DNA of 63,699 nucleotides, the filler included, from Octopus bimaculoides (taxonomy: Eukaryota): NCBI RefSeq assembly GCF_001194135.2. It is 6 parts of 6 records of this genome, joined end to end, with 100 filler letters (N's around TTAATTAATTAA, not from the genome) between each part and the next. Parts side by side here need not be neighbours in the genome. Positions count along the whole stretch, not along the records: positions 39,353 to 44,095 come from NC_069002.1; positions 44,196 to 60,360 come from NC_068991.1; 4 more parts are not named here. One strand, 5' to 3'. The notes under the pieces are model-generated. The model was not told the origin of the DNA. It did not search any database and saw nothing but the letters and a program-made list of their open reading frames with translations. Of this stretch, positions 39,440 through 51,133 are shown piece after piece. Both the position numbers and the translations under genes were made by a program. Numbering within the stretch: position 1 is the first letter of the stretch; each line of letters starts with the position of its first letter.

Positions 39440-40199
39440 TGTTAGTAAAGTTTTTTTGCCAACATAATGTGGCAGTCTTTACTAATTTTTAACTCCAGGA
39501 AAATATTTATGCGAATTATAATTCTTTTGCTGTTGTTGGTCTTTAACCCCATTTTAATCCTGGCTGACTCTAACTTATTACACTGTGGATTTTTGTCCTT
39601 GGGTAGCAACTGTTATTTCTTAGTTGCTTTTGTTACATTTATTCAAATCCCAAAGAATCCCTCTCAACACATAGTAATGATACTTCCCCACTACTCCTGC
39701 ACATGATCAGAGATGCACATATTGACAGCCACTAAGGGACATGCTCAACTGGCCAAGCAACTGACAAGGAATTTTGTGGTTATTGAGTGGCATATTTGCT
39801 ATAACGATATTTCTGCTTCAGCAACTCACTGCTGAATCTGACTGAAATGTAATGGAAAATTGGTCAGTTTCAAAACACTGATGTCCAGGTCATAAAAGCA
39901 AAGTTTGAAGGGAATAGTTGGCATTTCCTTTAATTTCGAGATAGATGCTAATAAGAAATAACACTCACTGACCAAAGATGACACAAAAAAAAAAAAAAAT
40001 TTGTTACACAGTGTTATCAAAAGCCATTCCGGCTACAACCATCCTCTTCTTCTGTTAGTAATTCTATCTTAGGACAACATAATCTAAGTTGTCCTTCCCA
40101 TTTCATGTTGGCAGGCTGTAATTTTACTTAGACTTGGTTCTTACTTCTAACAACTGTCTTGGTTATTTGGTGCTATTTTTTGTAATTAATTTGTTGCAG

Positions 40200-40392
40200 G
40201 ATGAAGCGGCGAAGCACTGGATTGTACCAATTATTCAAGGATTTATTCAGAATGAACTCTGTCTCATGGAGTTTGACATAAACAAAAGTTTGACCCCAAC
40301 TGGCACTGTCATGTTTGACTCCACAAGATTCCAGAAAGATCCCCTAAGATATTGGCTTACCATTATTTCAAGACGCAGTCGTCACAGAGCAG
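40200..40392 (+). CDS. INPP5F: Internal coding exon of a SAC-domain phosphoinositide phosphatase, Sac2/INPP5F type (phase 0 to phase 1, 193 nt)
   Basis: Acceptor TTTGTTGCAG| at 40199 and donor GCAG|GTAAGA at 40393; translation DEAAKHWIVPIIQGFIQNELCLMEF...RYWLTIISRRSRHRAG. WIxPxIQGFxQ plus an insertion plus ISRRSRHRAG fits Sac2/INPP5F rather than SAC1 (SRRSCFRAG), FIG4 (ARRSSKFAG) or synaptojanin (SRLSCERAG), from recalled sequences. Confidence 0.9.
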
Positions 40393-40589
40393 GTAAGAAC
40401 TGCTCATTTTTCAACTTTGTTTTAGTTTATACTTTTGTAGTTTGATGAAATATGAGTTTCTGTCTCTTTGTGTGAGGTTAATGAGTGCAATGCAATGTAG
40501 GTTCAGGCAAGGCAGGCCTTGGCTGGACAAGAGAATGCAGAGATAAGCCAGGGCAGAGCAGGGCAGGAGTTGTTTGTTTTATACTTGTC

Positions 40590-40900
40590 ATCACCATCAT
40601 CATCATCATATGTCTGTTTTCCATGCTGGCATGGGTTGAACAGTTTGACAGGAGTTGGTAGACCAAAGAACTGCCCCAGGTTTCACTGTCTGTTTTGGCA
40701 TGGCTTTTCCAGCTGGATGCCCTTCCCTAACGCTAACATCCTTACAGAGTGAACTGAGTGCTTTTCCCGTGGCATCAGTGCCAGCAAGGTCTGCAGTAGC
40801 ACAATTGTTATATTTGGATGCCCTTCCAATCAGAAACCAGTGTGGACTGGATACTTCTTACATTGCACCAGCACTGGTAGGGTCACCAAATAATTTGTAA
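40590..40900 (-). mobile_element. Old, CpG-decayed RTE-type 3' end
   Basis: (CAT)n...TTTTCCATGCTGGCATGGGTTGAAC...CAGCTGGATGCCCTTCC.TAACGC; diverged relative of the 6.8/8.5/42-kb tails. Confidence 0.7.
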
Positions 40901-41036
40901 GACAAAGTGCCTTTAAAAGGAGGTGGGGGAGGGCTTTGGAGGAGGTGGCCTTGCATCCAATGATGAAAGATTAGAATATGACCGAGGGACAGAAACAGGT
41001 GTCTTGCTGCAGAGAAGATACATGGTTCTCCCAGTC

Positions 41037-41099
<63 letters not shown>

Positions 41100-41980
41100 G
41101 TAGATAGTGTCACTGGTACATGGCAACCTGTCTGTTGGTGCAGTGTTCAACTCAAGCTTGTGCAGGTCGATGTTTGTCCAGAAACTGCAGGCAAAGAAAA
41201 AGTTCTGGAGAGATGTAGTTCTGAGGAGAAAGGATTAAGTAAAATATTTAGTATTGAATCTGAACAAGGAAATGTTGATTGGGGCAATGAGAACATCAGT
41301 GCACTGGGTGTGTGTTTGTGTTTGTGAGTATATATGTATATCCCTCTCTCACATAATATATATGTATGTATATATATTGGATTGGGTTGGATTGCCTATG
41401 TTCAATCCACTGCGGGACAAAGCCTCAGTATGTTCTCTTCACCCGAGAATGGCTTGAGGTCATACTGGTTTGTTGAGTTTACTCTGTCACACTGGTTTGA
41501 CATGACTTGGCCAAGGGCTGCAGTTTTTTGTACTCATAAGAATGGATGAAACTCCACTAAGCATTTTCCCCAGCATGCTAACGATTATACATATATATAT
41601 CAAAACCATATATTTTTTATGTATCTTGAATAGCACAACAATGCATGCAGAGTGGATTATAATAACTGTTATAATTTAATTATTCATAGTCTCATATAAT
41701 ATTTCGGAATATAAAAATTCCTTCTTCAGATATCGCTAGGAATTGGTTGAGTCAGTGCTATAATTGTTGGAAAACTGATTATAGAAGTGACTTGATCAAT
41801 TCCTAGCAATATCTGAAAAAGGAATTTTTATATTCTGAAATATCATATCAGATTATGAATAATTAAATTATAACAGTTATTATAGTTCACTCTGCATTGT
41901 TGGGCCATTCAAGACACATTATATTTCACAAACAATACACAATGCTTCAAGCAAACTACGATACTCTCCTATATATATAT

Positions 41981-44095
41981 CATCATCATCATCATCATCA
42001 TCGTTTAACGTCCGCTTTCCATGCTAGCATGGGTTGGACGATTTGACTGGGGACTGCTGAACCAGATGGCTACACCAGACTCCAATCTGATCTGGCAGAG
42101 TTTCTACAGCTGGATGCCCTTCCTAACACCAACCACTCTGAGAATGTAGTGGGTGCTTTTTATGTGCCACCAGTACAAGGGCCAGTCCGGCAGTAATGGC
42201 AATGGCCATGCTCAAATGGTACTTTTTATGTGCCACCTGCACAGGAGTCAGTTGAATGTTTTGTTCACATGCCACCAGCACAAGTGCCAGTAAGGCGAAG
42301 CTGGAAACGATCGTGCTCAAACGGTGCTTTTTACGTGCCACCGGCACAGGAGCAAGACCGCTGCTCTGGCAGTGATCCCGCTCGGATGGTACTGTTAGTG
42401 ATCCACTGGCATGGGTACAAGTCATCAAATTTGGTTCAGTTTCGATCTCATTTGCCCCAACAGGTCTTTGCAAGCTGAATTTAGTGTTCAATGAAGGAAG
42501 GTTGGCATGGTGCCAGTCATCAAATTTGGTTCAATTTTGATTTTGATTTCGATTTAACTTGCCTCAACAGGTCTTTGCAAGCAGGGTTTTGTGTTCATAG
42601 AAGGAAAGGTACGCATAAGTGGGCTGGCTACACATCTGGTAAAGGCCACAGGTTATGGTCTCACTTGTCTTGCCGGGTCTTCTCATGCACAGCATATTTC
42701 CAAAGGTCTCGGTCACTAGTCATTACCTCGGTGAGGCTTAATGTTTGAAGGTCGTGCTTCACCACCTCATCCCAGGTCTACCTCTTCCACAGATTCCCTC
42801 AACTGCTCAGGTGTGGCACTTTTTCACACAGTTATCCTCATCCATTCTCGCCACATGTCCATACCAGCGCAATTGTCTCTCTTGCATACCACATCTAATG
42901 CTTCTTCGGTCCAACTTTTCTCTCAAGGTACTTACAATCTGTCAAGTATGCACACTGACTGACATTACACATCCATCGGAGCATGCTGGCTTCATTCCTT
43001 GCGAGCTTACGCATGTCTTCAGCAGTCACGGCCCATGTTTCACTGCCATGTAGCATGACTGTTTGTACACATGCGTCATACAGTCTGCCTTTTACTCTGA
43101 GTGCGAGGCCTTTTGTCACTAGCAGAGGTAAGAGCTCTCTGAACTTTGCCCAGGCTATTCTTATTCTAGCAGCTACACTTTCAGCGCACCCTCCCCCCAC
43201 TACTGACTTCGTCACCAAGGTAACGGAAACTATCAGCTACTTCTAGTTTTTCTCCCTGGAATGTGGCAGAAGTTGTTCTCTGCACATTTTCAGTGTTAAT
43301 TGCTCCTGAGCATCTGCCACATATAAAAACTATCTTGCTAGTTAGCCTTCCTTTGATATTGCTGCACTTCTTATGTGTCCATAGATTACACTGGGTACAT
43401 CTTATAGAGTTTCTACCGATGCCTTTTCTACAGATTGAGCAGGGCCATCTACCTGAAGGGGTTTGTGGTTTGTCTACCTTTCTACTTATTAGGACTTTGG
43501 TTTTAGCTAGGTTGACACTAAGGCCCTTCGATTCTAATCCTTGCTTCCACATCTGAAACTTCTCCTCTAGTTCTGATAGTGACTCAACAATTAGAGCAGG
43601 GTCATCAGCATAGAGGAGCTCCCAGGGGCATCTCGTCTTGAATTCCTGTGTTATTGCCTGGAGGACTATGATAAATAAGAGGGGGCTGAGGACTGAACCT
43701 TGGCAGACCCGTACCTCTACCTGGAATTCTTTACTGTACTCACTGCCTACCCTCACCTTACTGACAGCATCCCTGTACATGGCTCACACAGCTCTCACTA
43801 ACCATTCATCTATCCCTAGTTTCCTCATTGACCACCAGATAAGGGATTGGGGGACCCTGTCAAAGGCTTTCTCCATGTCAACGAAAGCCAGGTACAGAGG
43901 TTTATCCTTGGCTAGGTATTTCTCCTGCAGCTGTCTTACCAGAAATATAGCATCAGTGGTACTTTTTCCTGGAATGAGCCCAAATTGCATCTCATTTAAA
44001 CTGACTCTCTCCCTAATTTGTTGGGCTATGACCCTCTCCGTGACATTCATTACCTGGTCCAACAACTTGATACCTCTGTAATTGTTTGTGTCTAA
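41981..44095 (-). mobile_element. RTE-clade LINE, 3' ~2.1 kb (RT with one stop and a frameshift, long 3'UTR, (GAT)n tail)
   Basis: QFGLIPGKSTTDAIF, AFVDMEKAFDRVP, VCQGSVLSPLLF, LLYADD and FRYLG RT motifs; ORF ends near 42661; tail (CAT)n at 41981; 5' part lost at the gap. Confidence 0.92.
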
Positions 44096-44139
44096 NNNNN
44101 NNNNNNNNNNNNNNNNNNNNNNNNNNNNNNNNNNNNNNN

Positions 44140-44151
44140 TTAATTAATTAA
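44140..44151. other. Assembly spacer TTAATTAATTAA
   Basis: 44 N + 12-mer + 44 N. Confidence 0.95.
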
Positions 44152-44600
44152 NNNNNNNNNNNNNNNNNNNNNNNNNNNNNNNNNNNNNNNNNNNNATATT
44201 ACAGATTAAAAGTGTAAAGGATTATCAATTTATTAATTAATAAATCAATTAACAATTAACAATTTTTACCAAGCCCATCGGTATGAAAGCACCATTATTG
44301 GTGGAGAACTTATTTAAAAGCTCATATATATTTATAAATATAATTAAGGGATTTGCTGATCCCTTAATTATATATATATATATATATACACACACACAAA
44401 TAGCGAAATGCTAATGTTTATGCTAAAAGTTAATATAAGCAGTTACGCGTAATATAGAACCATGAAGGAAAAATTTAATCGTCACTAATTGTGACCGAGG
44501 GTGTTGAATAGCACCTATATGCTAGAAACAAGAGTTTAAACCTTTAAAGCTGCATAAGCACTGACAGGGGAGATAACCACCCATGACCAAAACTGGAAAA

Positions 44601-44651
44601 GTACTGGACTAAACTAGTTTCGTCTGTTAATCGCAGAGTCGTCAGCAATGT
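44601..44651 (-). ncRNA. Candidate degenerate type I hammerhead ribozyme
   Basis: Minus strand: ACAUUG-CUGACGA-CUCUG(CGAUUAA)CAGAC-GAAA-CUAGUUUAGU-C-CAGUAC; intact CUGANGA/GAAA core, stem II 4 bp with a C.C mismatch at 10.1/11.1, stem III ACUA/UAGU, GUC triplet, weakened stem I. Confidence 0.4.
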
Positions 44652-45431
44652 CTGACTCCGTTGCTTGGATGATTTAGCTAAAATCCTCTATCAGTATATA
44701 TATTTACCATATGAATTTATGGCTGATTTAGTGAAATGCGAATGTGTATACTAAAAATTAATATATATACAAATGCATATATACACCTATACATACATAA
44801 ATATACATACATTCACATCCCCCCACACACACAGATACATTGTCAATTGCTCGGCAGCTGATAATGTAGTACTTTCCTTAATATGGATAAACATTTCACT
44901 TAGATCTCTTTAGATTTCCCATGACCATTATCAATAACATTTTTGCTGCCAAGCCTTTACGACATACATTTATCTTCTATACTAGTAACCCATAATGAAA
45001 GCAGAAACGCTCTCGGTACACCTAACTATAATAATATAACGATGCAAATGTCGCAAGGTAAATATCACATGCCAACCACTTCAGGATACTCTCTCTCTCG
45101 CTCAGTGAAGAAGTAGTTAGTAGATGAAGGGGACCGCTGGGAGCCAAGTGGCTGGAAGGTTACCATGTGGCATTTTATGTTGTCTTAAATGTTTGCACCT
45201 TTATATTATTATGTTTGAAAAATGATTCCAACTTTAAAATATTTTTCTAGTAAATATATAGAAGTGTGTGATGAAGGTTTAGCAGTGAAAATGTTATTAA
45301 TGACGTGGTGGCAGTCTTCCAGGAACTGACCATGAATTATTATTTCGTGCCTTCTGCTAATCTTGCAAAATGGATAATCCGGCACAAGTCAGGGACCAAG
45401 GATGTCGAGAAATTTCTGATGTACCTGTACA

Positions 45432-45476
<45 letters not shown>

Positions 45477-45834
45477 GGTGCGTGTGTACATATATGCATG
45501 CGTAGGAAAAGAAACAGTCTAATTTAATCACCACTATAGTTTGAACGTACCACGAATATAACCAGGAGTTTGTTCATTGTAAGGTAACTCTTACTATTAA
45601 CATACAAATGCCTAAGCTGCTAAATGCATATAATGTTGAGATTAGCTATTCATATCTCCAACTCTTACGTCCTCATTATAATCATCATCATTATCATCAT
45701 CATCACCAACATCATCTTCTTCTCCCGCTTCCTTCTCTTTTTCCTTCCTACTTATTTTTATAATTTTTTCATCTGATTTCTTCTTGTTCTCTTTCTTCTT
45801 TATTGTCGCTGTTGCTGTCGTTCTTTTTCTTCTC

Positions 45835-46092
45835 CTTCTTCTTCTTCTTCTTTTTCTTCTTCTTCTTCTTCTTCTTCTTCTTCTTCTTCTTCTTCTTCTT
45901 CTTCTGCTTCTTTTTCTTCTTCTTCTTCTTCTTCTTCTTCTTCTTCTTCTTCTTCTTTTTCTTCTTCTTCTTCTTCTTCTTCTTCTTCTTCTTCTTCTTC
46001 CTCTTCATCATCATCATCATCATCATCATCATCTTCTTCTTCTTCTTCTTCTTCTTCTTCTTCTTCTTCTTCTTCTTCTTCTTCTTCTTCTT
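45835..46092. repeat. Compound (TTC)n/(CAT)n microsatellite
   Basis: Direct reading. Confidence 0.95.
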
Positions 46093-46535
46093 TCCTACTT
46101 ATTTTTGTACTTTTTCCTCCGATTCCTTCCAGTTCTTTTTCTTTCTTGCTGTTGTCGTTCTTGTTCATCATCAGCATCATCACCTTTTTTTGTTCTCTTT
46201 TTCTTAGAAGTTCTCCTTTCTTTGATAGACATCTTTTCACAGTATACTCGTTGTAAAAGTTGAAATTACATCAACCAAATAATTCTTCAATCTACTAATC
46301 ACAACGAATACAAGAGATGTCCACTCTACCTTTAAATTAGAGTGGAACTTAATGAAATACTACAGCACCATTTTCTTTCATCTAAGTCATAAACTTTATT
46401 GTTTACTTTTAAATTTCACTTTTACGGTTTTTTAATAAACATTAACTGTCAAAAAGACACAGCAAAGTTGTACGATGATATATATATACATACATATATG
46501 TGCGTGTGTGTATATATGTATATATATTATACATT

Positions 46536-46574
<39 letters not shown>

Positions 46575-46814
46575 ATGTTATATATATATATATATACATA
46601 TATATCTATAAGTATATATATGTATAAATGTGTGTGTGCGTATTGTAGGTATGTATGCTTGTGCATACATATACCCACATACACATGCATATATATACAT
46701 ATTCTCGTACTATGTTTATATACGCGCATTATATTATGTATGCAATATATATTTAATTGGTTTAGTATGTCTTGTACTTATTCTAAAATAAAAACCAAAG
46801 TGAAAGTCCCCTTG

Positions 46815-46900
46815 TGGTGGCTCGTACTGGCAATAAGAAGTTTGCTTTCCAGTCACATGATTCTTGGTTCAGTCCCACTGCATGGCACCTTGGGTAAGTG
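46815..46900 (+). mobile_element. SINE family B head fragment
   Basis: AAGAAGTTTGCTT.CCAGTCACATG.TTCTTGGTTCAGTCCCACTGCATGGCACCTTGGGTAAGTGTCT. Confidence 0.7.
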
Positions 46901-47099
46901 TCTACAACACTCAACCCGATTTCTGGGCTATCAACACTGTCGGATTCCAGACTAATACCGAAAATTTTGAAGTGTAGAAAATACTGGTATCACAACGGTA
47001 AAACTGTAGTGTGGATATGGCGAAGAGTAATTTATTATCCAAATAATAAGATAAAGAAATTCTTTAACACATCTTTAACGTCTCGTTACAATTATCTCC

Positions 47100-47336
47100 G
47101 TACCAACTCTACTTGCAATGCCAGTTTACGCAAAACTCCGAATTGAAAATTTACGCAATGTTTGCGGTTTTAGACATTAGAGTGGTACTTCATCACAATT
47201 GCTTCAAAAGTGCACTCTTACACTGCGCTTCTTCTATACATTTTTTTTTTTTGGCTTACATCGGGAGGAAATTAAAAGAAAATTAAAGTGTGGTTAGGGG
47301 ATGAATAATTAGTATAGAGATCATGTGGGAAGGATG

Positions 47337-47367
<31 letters not shown>

Positions 47368-47571
47368 AGGAGAAGAAGAAGATAGGGGAAGAAGGAGAAA
47401 AAGAAGATAGTGGAAGTAGGAGGAAAATGAGGAGGAGGAGAAGGGGGAGAAAAAGAAGGAGGGGAGAAGGAGGAGAAATCGAAAAAAGAAGAAAAAGAAG
47501 GGGAAGGGGAAGAAGAAGGAGAAAAAAGGAAAAGGAAGAGTAGAAGGAGAAGGAAGAGAAGTAGTAGTAGC

Positions 47572-47621
<50 letters not shown>

Positions 47622-49045
47622 AAGAAGAAGAAGAAGAAGAAGAAGAAGAAGAAGAAGAAGAAGAAGAAGAAGAAGAAGAAGAAGAAAGAGGTGGAGGAGG
47701 CTAAGGATTATAATGAGGAAAATACAATATACAGGGTGTTTCAAAAAATTTGATATTTCACAATCAAATAACTTTGCCAGTACTTGTTCAAATGACTTCA
47801 AATGTTAACAGCATGTGTAGAAATAGGACAAAATTTTATGTTTAATATTTGATATGCTTATCTTTTCAGATATAAAAATGACATTCACTAGAAGAGAAAA
47901 GGTGTTTGTGTGTTGGAGTATGCTCGAACACAATCGAACAAGACTGTGCAGCGAGCATTTGTGAGAGAGTTCTCTAAAAATGTCACCAACGGCAATGCAG
48001 ATTTGGATATGGCACAAAAAATTCAAAGTAGAAGACTGTCTGTGCAGGGCAAAAGGATTTTGGTGACCACTAACATTGGAAGAGACGGTCGAGCGGGTTC
48101 GCCAAAAATTCTTGCGAAGCCCCAAGAAGTTCATAAGAACAAGTCTGGAAACCCAGATTCCCCCAACGAATGTTTGGCGCGTCCTGAGGAAACACTTGTT
48201 AATGAAACCCTAAAAACTGCAGGTCGTTCAGGCCATGACGATAGATAACAATCGAAAGCGCAAACAATTCTGTGTTGATATGCAAGATAAACTTGAAGAA
48301 GCCGAGTTCAAGGAACGTCTTGTTTCCTGCAAACCTAGAGAAACTCGAGCAGAGAATCACTACCGCACTGGGAACTGTTACGCAAGAAATGCTGCAGCAG
48401 GTTTGGGAGGAGCTGGACACGTGTGCCGCGTCTCAGGCGTTGCGCATATTGAACATTTGTGAAAACGTTCATGGAATCCACATACATTTAAATTTCTCAT
48501 TCGAATGTGAAGGAATAAATTTTATGTTGCTCAAAATTAAGCCTGTTTCATTTCATTTGCTTTGACCATGTAGTTTCTGTGATATTTACATCACAAATAT
48601 CAATTTTTTTTAAACACTCTGTATATTGTCTTTTCTTCATTTATTAACGTCCTTAGTCTCTTCTTCTTCTTCTTCTTCTTCTTCTTCTTCTTCTTCTTCT
48701 TCTTCTTCTTCTTCTTCTTCTTCTTCTTCTTCTTCTTCTCCTTCCTCCTCTTCCTCCTTCCTTCCTTCCTTCCTTCCTTCCTTCTTTCCTTCCTTCCTTC
48801 CTTCTCACATGATCTCTATATCAATTATTCCTCCCCCTAATTACACTTATTCACGTTTTGTTTCCTCCCGATATAAGCAAAAACAAAAAGAAAAAAGAAT
48901 AAGAAAATAAAAGAAGACACAATGTAAGAGTGCACCTTTTATGCAAATCTGATGAAGTGCCATTCTAATGTTTAAAACCGCAAACATTACGTAAATTTTC
49001 ACTTCGAATCTTTGCGTAAACTGGCTTGCAAGCATTATTTGGCAC
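47100..49045. repeat. Long imperfect palindrome (arms ~47100-47731 and 48622-~49045) centred on a Tc1/mariner element
   Basis: Colinear inverted matches throughout the arms, e.g. GCCAGTTTACGCAAA, GAAAATTTACG.AATGTTTGCGGTTTTA.ACATTAG, GTGCACTCTTACA, GCTTA.ATCGGGAGGAAA, TATAGAGATCATGTG.GAAGG, CTAAGGA...ACAATATA. Confidence 0.9.
47732..48621 (+). mobile_element. Internally deleted Tc1/mariner element (DUF4817/HTH-type transposase relic)
   Basis: TIRs CAGGGTGTTTCAAAAAATTTGATATTT / CAGAGTGTTTAAAAAAAATTGATATTT (reverse complement), TA on both sides; N-terminal EKVFV LEYARTQSNKTVQRAFVREFSK, then RKQFCVDMQDKLEE, and C-terminal LEQRITTALGTVTQEMLQQVWEELD...GVAHIEHL. Confidence 0.88.
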
Positions 49046-49232
49046 TGACGGTTACAAAAATGTCAAAGTACGACTGGTTTCTAACAAATTGCTTTATGTT
49101 TAGCAAATTTTGAGTGAATATGGGGTTTATCCATAAGTTCTGAATAATTAAAAGACCGATATCATATTTGCTGTAGAAAATCAGAAAACTTTTGCAACTT
49201 ATTGCTTTCATTCAATATTACTTTCAAATTAA

Positions 49233-49450
49233 GACAGCGAGCTGGCAGAATCGTAAGCACGCTGGAATAACTGCTTAGCGGCATGTCGTCCGTCTTTACG
49301 TTCTGAGTTCAAATTCTCTCCGCTTTCACTTTGCCTTTCATCCTTCCGGGGTCGATAAAATAAATACAATTTGAGCACTGGGGTCAATGTAATCAACTTA
49401 TCTCATCCCCCGATATTTCTGTTCTTGTGCCAAAATTTGCATTTGATATT
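49233..49450 (+). mobile_element. SINE family A
   Basis: GCGAGCTGGCAGAATCGT.AGCAC A box, GAGTTCAAATTC B box, GGGGTCGATAAAATAAATAC core. Confidence 0.85.
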
Positions 49451-49594
49451 ATTTTCAAATTTCTATTATCTCAAGTTGAATAGAATAATGACGTTGAGAC
49501 AAGCAATCACAGAATTTTTTTCTCGGGTTTTGGTGAAAGAATGTGGGAGAGAAATCATTATAGTATTCAGATTTAAAGGAGAAGAGATGTTAAA

Positions 49595-49648
<54 letters not shown>

Positions 49649-50299
49649 TCACAAAAGAAAGTGAAATTGATTTCAGTGGATGATGAGGTCAAATCGTTTC
49701 TGAAACGAAATTATTAGGGGGTGCCTTTGCCCAACGAATTGGTACTTAGAATTTGAAATTTATTCTTTAAATGCAACTTTAAGAATTTGATTCAGAGAAT
49801 ATTTTCCCCAATATCTAGGAGCAACTACATTTTATTACCCTCACTAATTCGGATAGGAGGAAATTATTAATTGTTTTTCTGAAAATAGTATTGGAAGCCA
49901 TTAATGGAAAGACGTATGCCATTCCAAATAAAGAACAGTCTATATAACCGCCGGTTGGTCAGTTCTTCGAATGATTTGTATTCCAGTTTTTTTCTTTGTA
50001 CATGATTTAATAACGTAGAGTTTGCAACTGTAAAGTCAATACAGCATCATCATGTTTGGAAACAATAAATAAAATAAAATAAAAAGATAGAGAAAACTTA
50101 TCTCAATTAGACTAGTTCTTCATGACTGTTCTGCTCCGATTACCCAAAAGACCTTATATAAGAGATATTCGTTTATTCACACGCGTATAAATATACTCAC
50201 GCACACACACCCACATACACACACACACACAAAATCACACACACATTATCTCAATCAGCTTCTTACATTTCCATCTTAAAGAATGAATCACAGTATTTA

Positions 50300-51101
50300 A
50301 GTACTAATTTGTTGGACAGTGTAGACCGTATATATATATGTATGTATGTATGTATGGATGGATGTATGGATGGATGGAGGCAGTACTAATTTGTTGGACA
50401 GTGTAGACCGTATATATGTATGTATGTATGTATGTATGGATGGATGGATGTATGGATGGATGGAGGCAGTACTAATTTGTTGGACAGTGTAGACCGTATA
50501 TATGTATGTATGTATGTATGTATGGATGGATGGATGTATGGATGGATGGAGGCAGTNNNNNNNNNNNNNNNNNNNNNNNNNNNNNNNNNNNNNNNNNNNN
50601 NNNNNNNNNNNNNNNNNNNNNNNNNNNNNNNNNNNNNNNNNNNNNNNNNNNNNNNNNNNNNNNNNNNNNNNNNNNNNNNNNNNNNNNNNNNNNNNNNNNN
50701 NNNNNNNNNNNNNNNNNNNNNNNNNNNNNNNNNNNNNNNNNNNNNNNNNNNNNNNNNNNNNNNNNNNNNNNNNNNNNNNNNNNNNNNNNNNNNNNNNNNN
50801 NNNNNNNNNNNNNNNNNNNNNNNNNNNNNNNNNNNNNNNNNNNNNNNNNNNNNNNNNNNNNNNNNNNNNNNNNNNNNNNNNNNNNNNNNNNNNNNNNNNN
50901 NNNNNNNNNNNNNNNNNNNNNNNNNNNNNNNNNNNNNNNNNNNNNNNNNNNNNNNNNNNNNNNNNNNNNNNNNNNNNNNNNNNNNNNNNNNNNNNNNNNN
51001 NNNNNNNNNNNNNNNNNNNNNNNNNNNNNNNNNNNNNNNNNNNNNNNNNNNNNNNNNNNNNNNNNNNNNNNNNNNNNNNNNNNNNNNNNNNNNNNNNACC
51101 G

Positions 51102-51133
<32 letters not shown>

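Noticed and set aside
41334-41549. Possible next INPP5F exon downstream of 40392
   Set aside because: No frame gives the expected RYKRRG/ANYVETEQ motifs.
45769-46263. Poly-K, poly-E/D, poly-L and poly-F ORFs (also at 47283-47801, 51646-52071, 61536-63279)
   Set aside because: Translations of trinucleotide and dinucleotide microsatellites in several frames; no splice or homology support.
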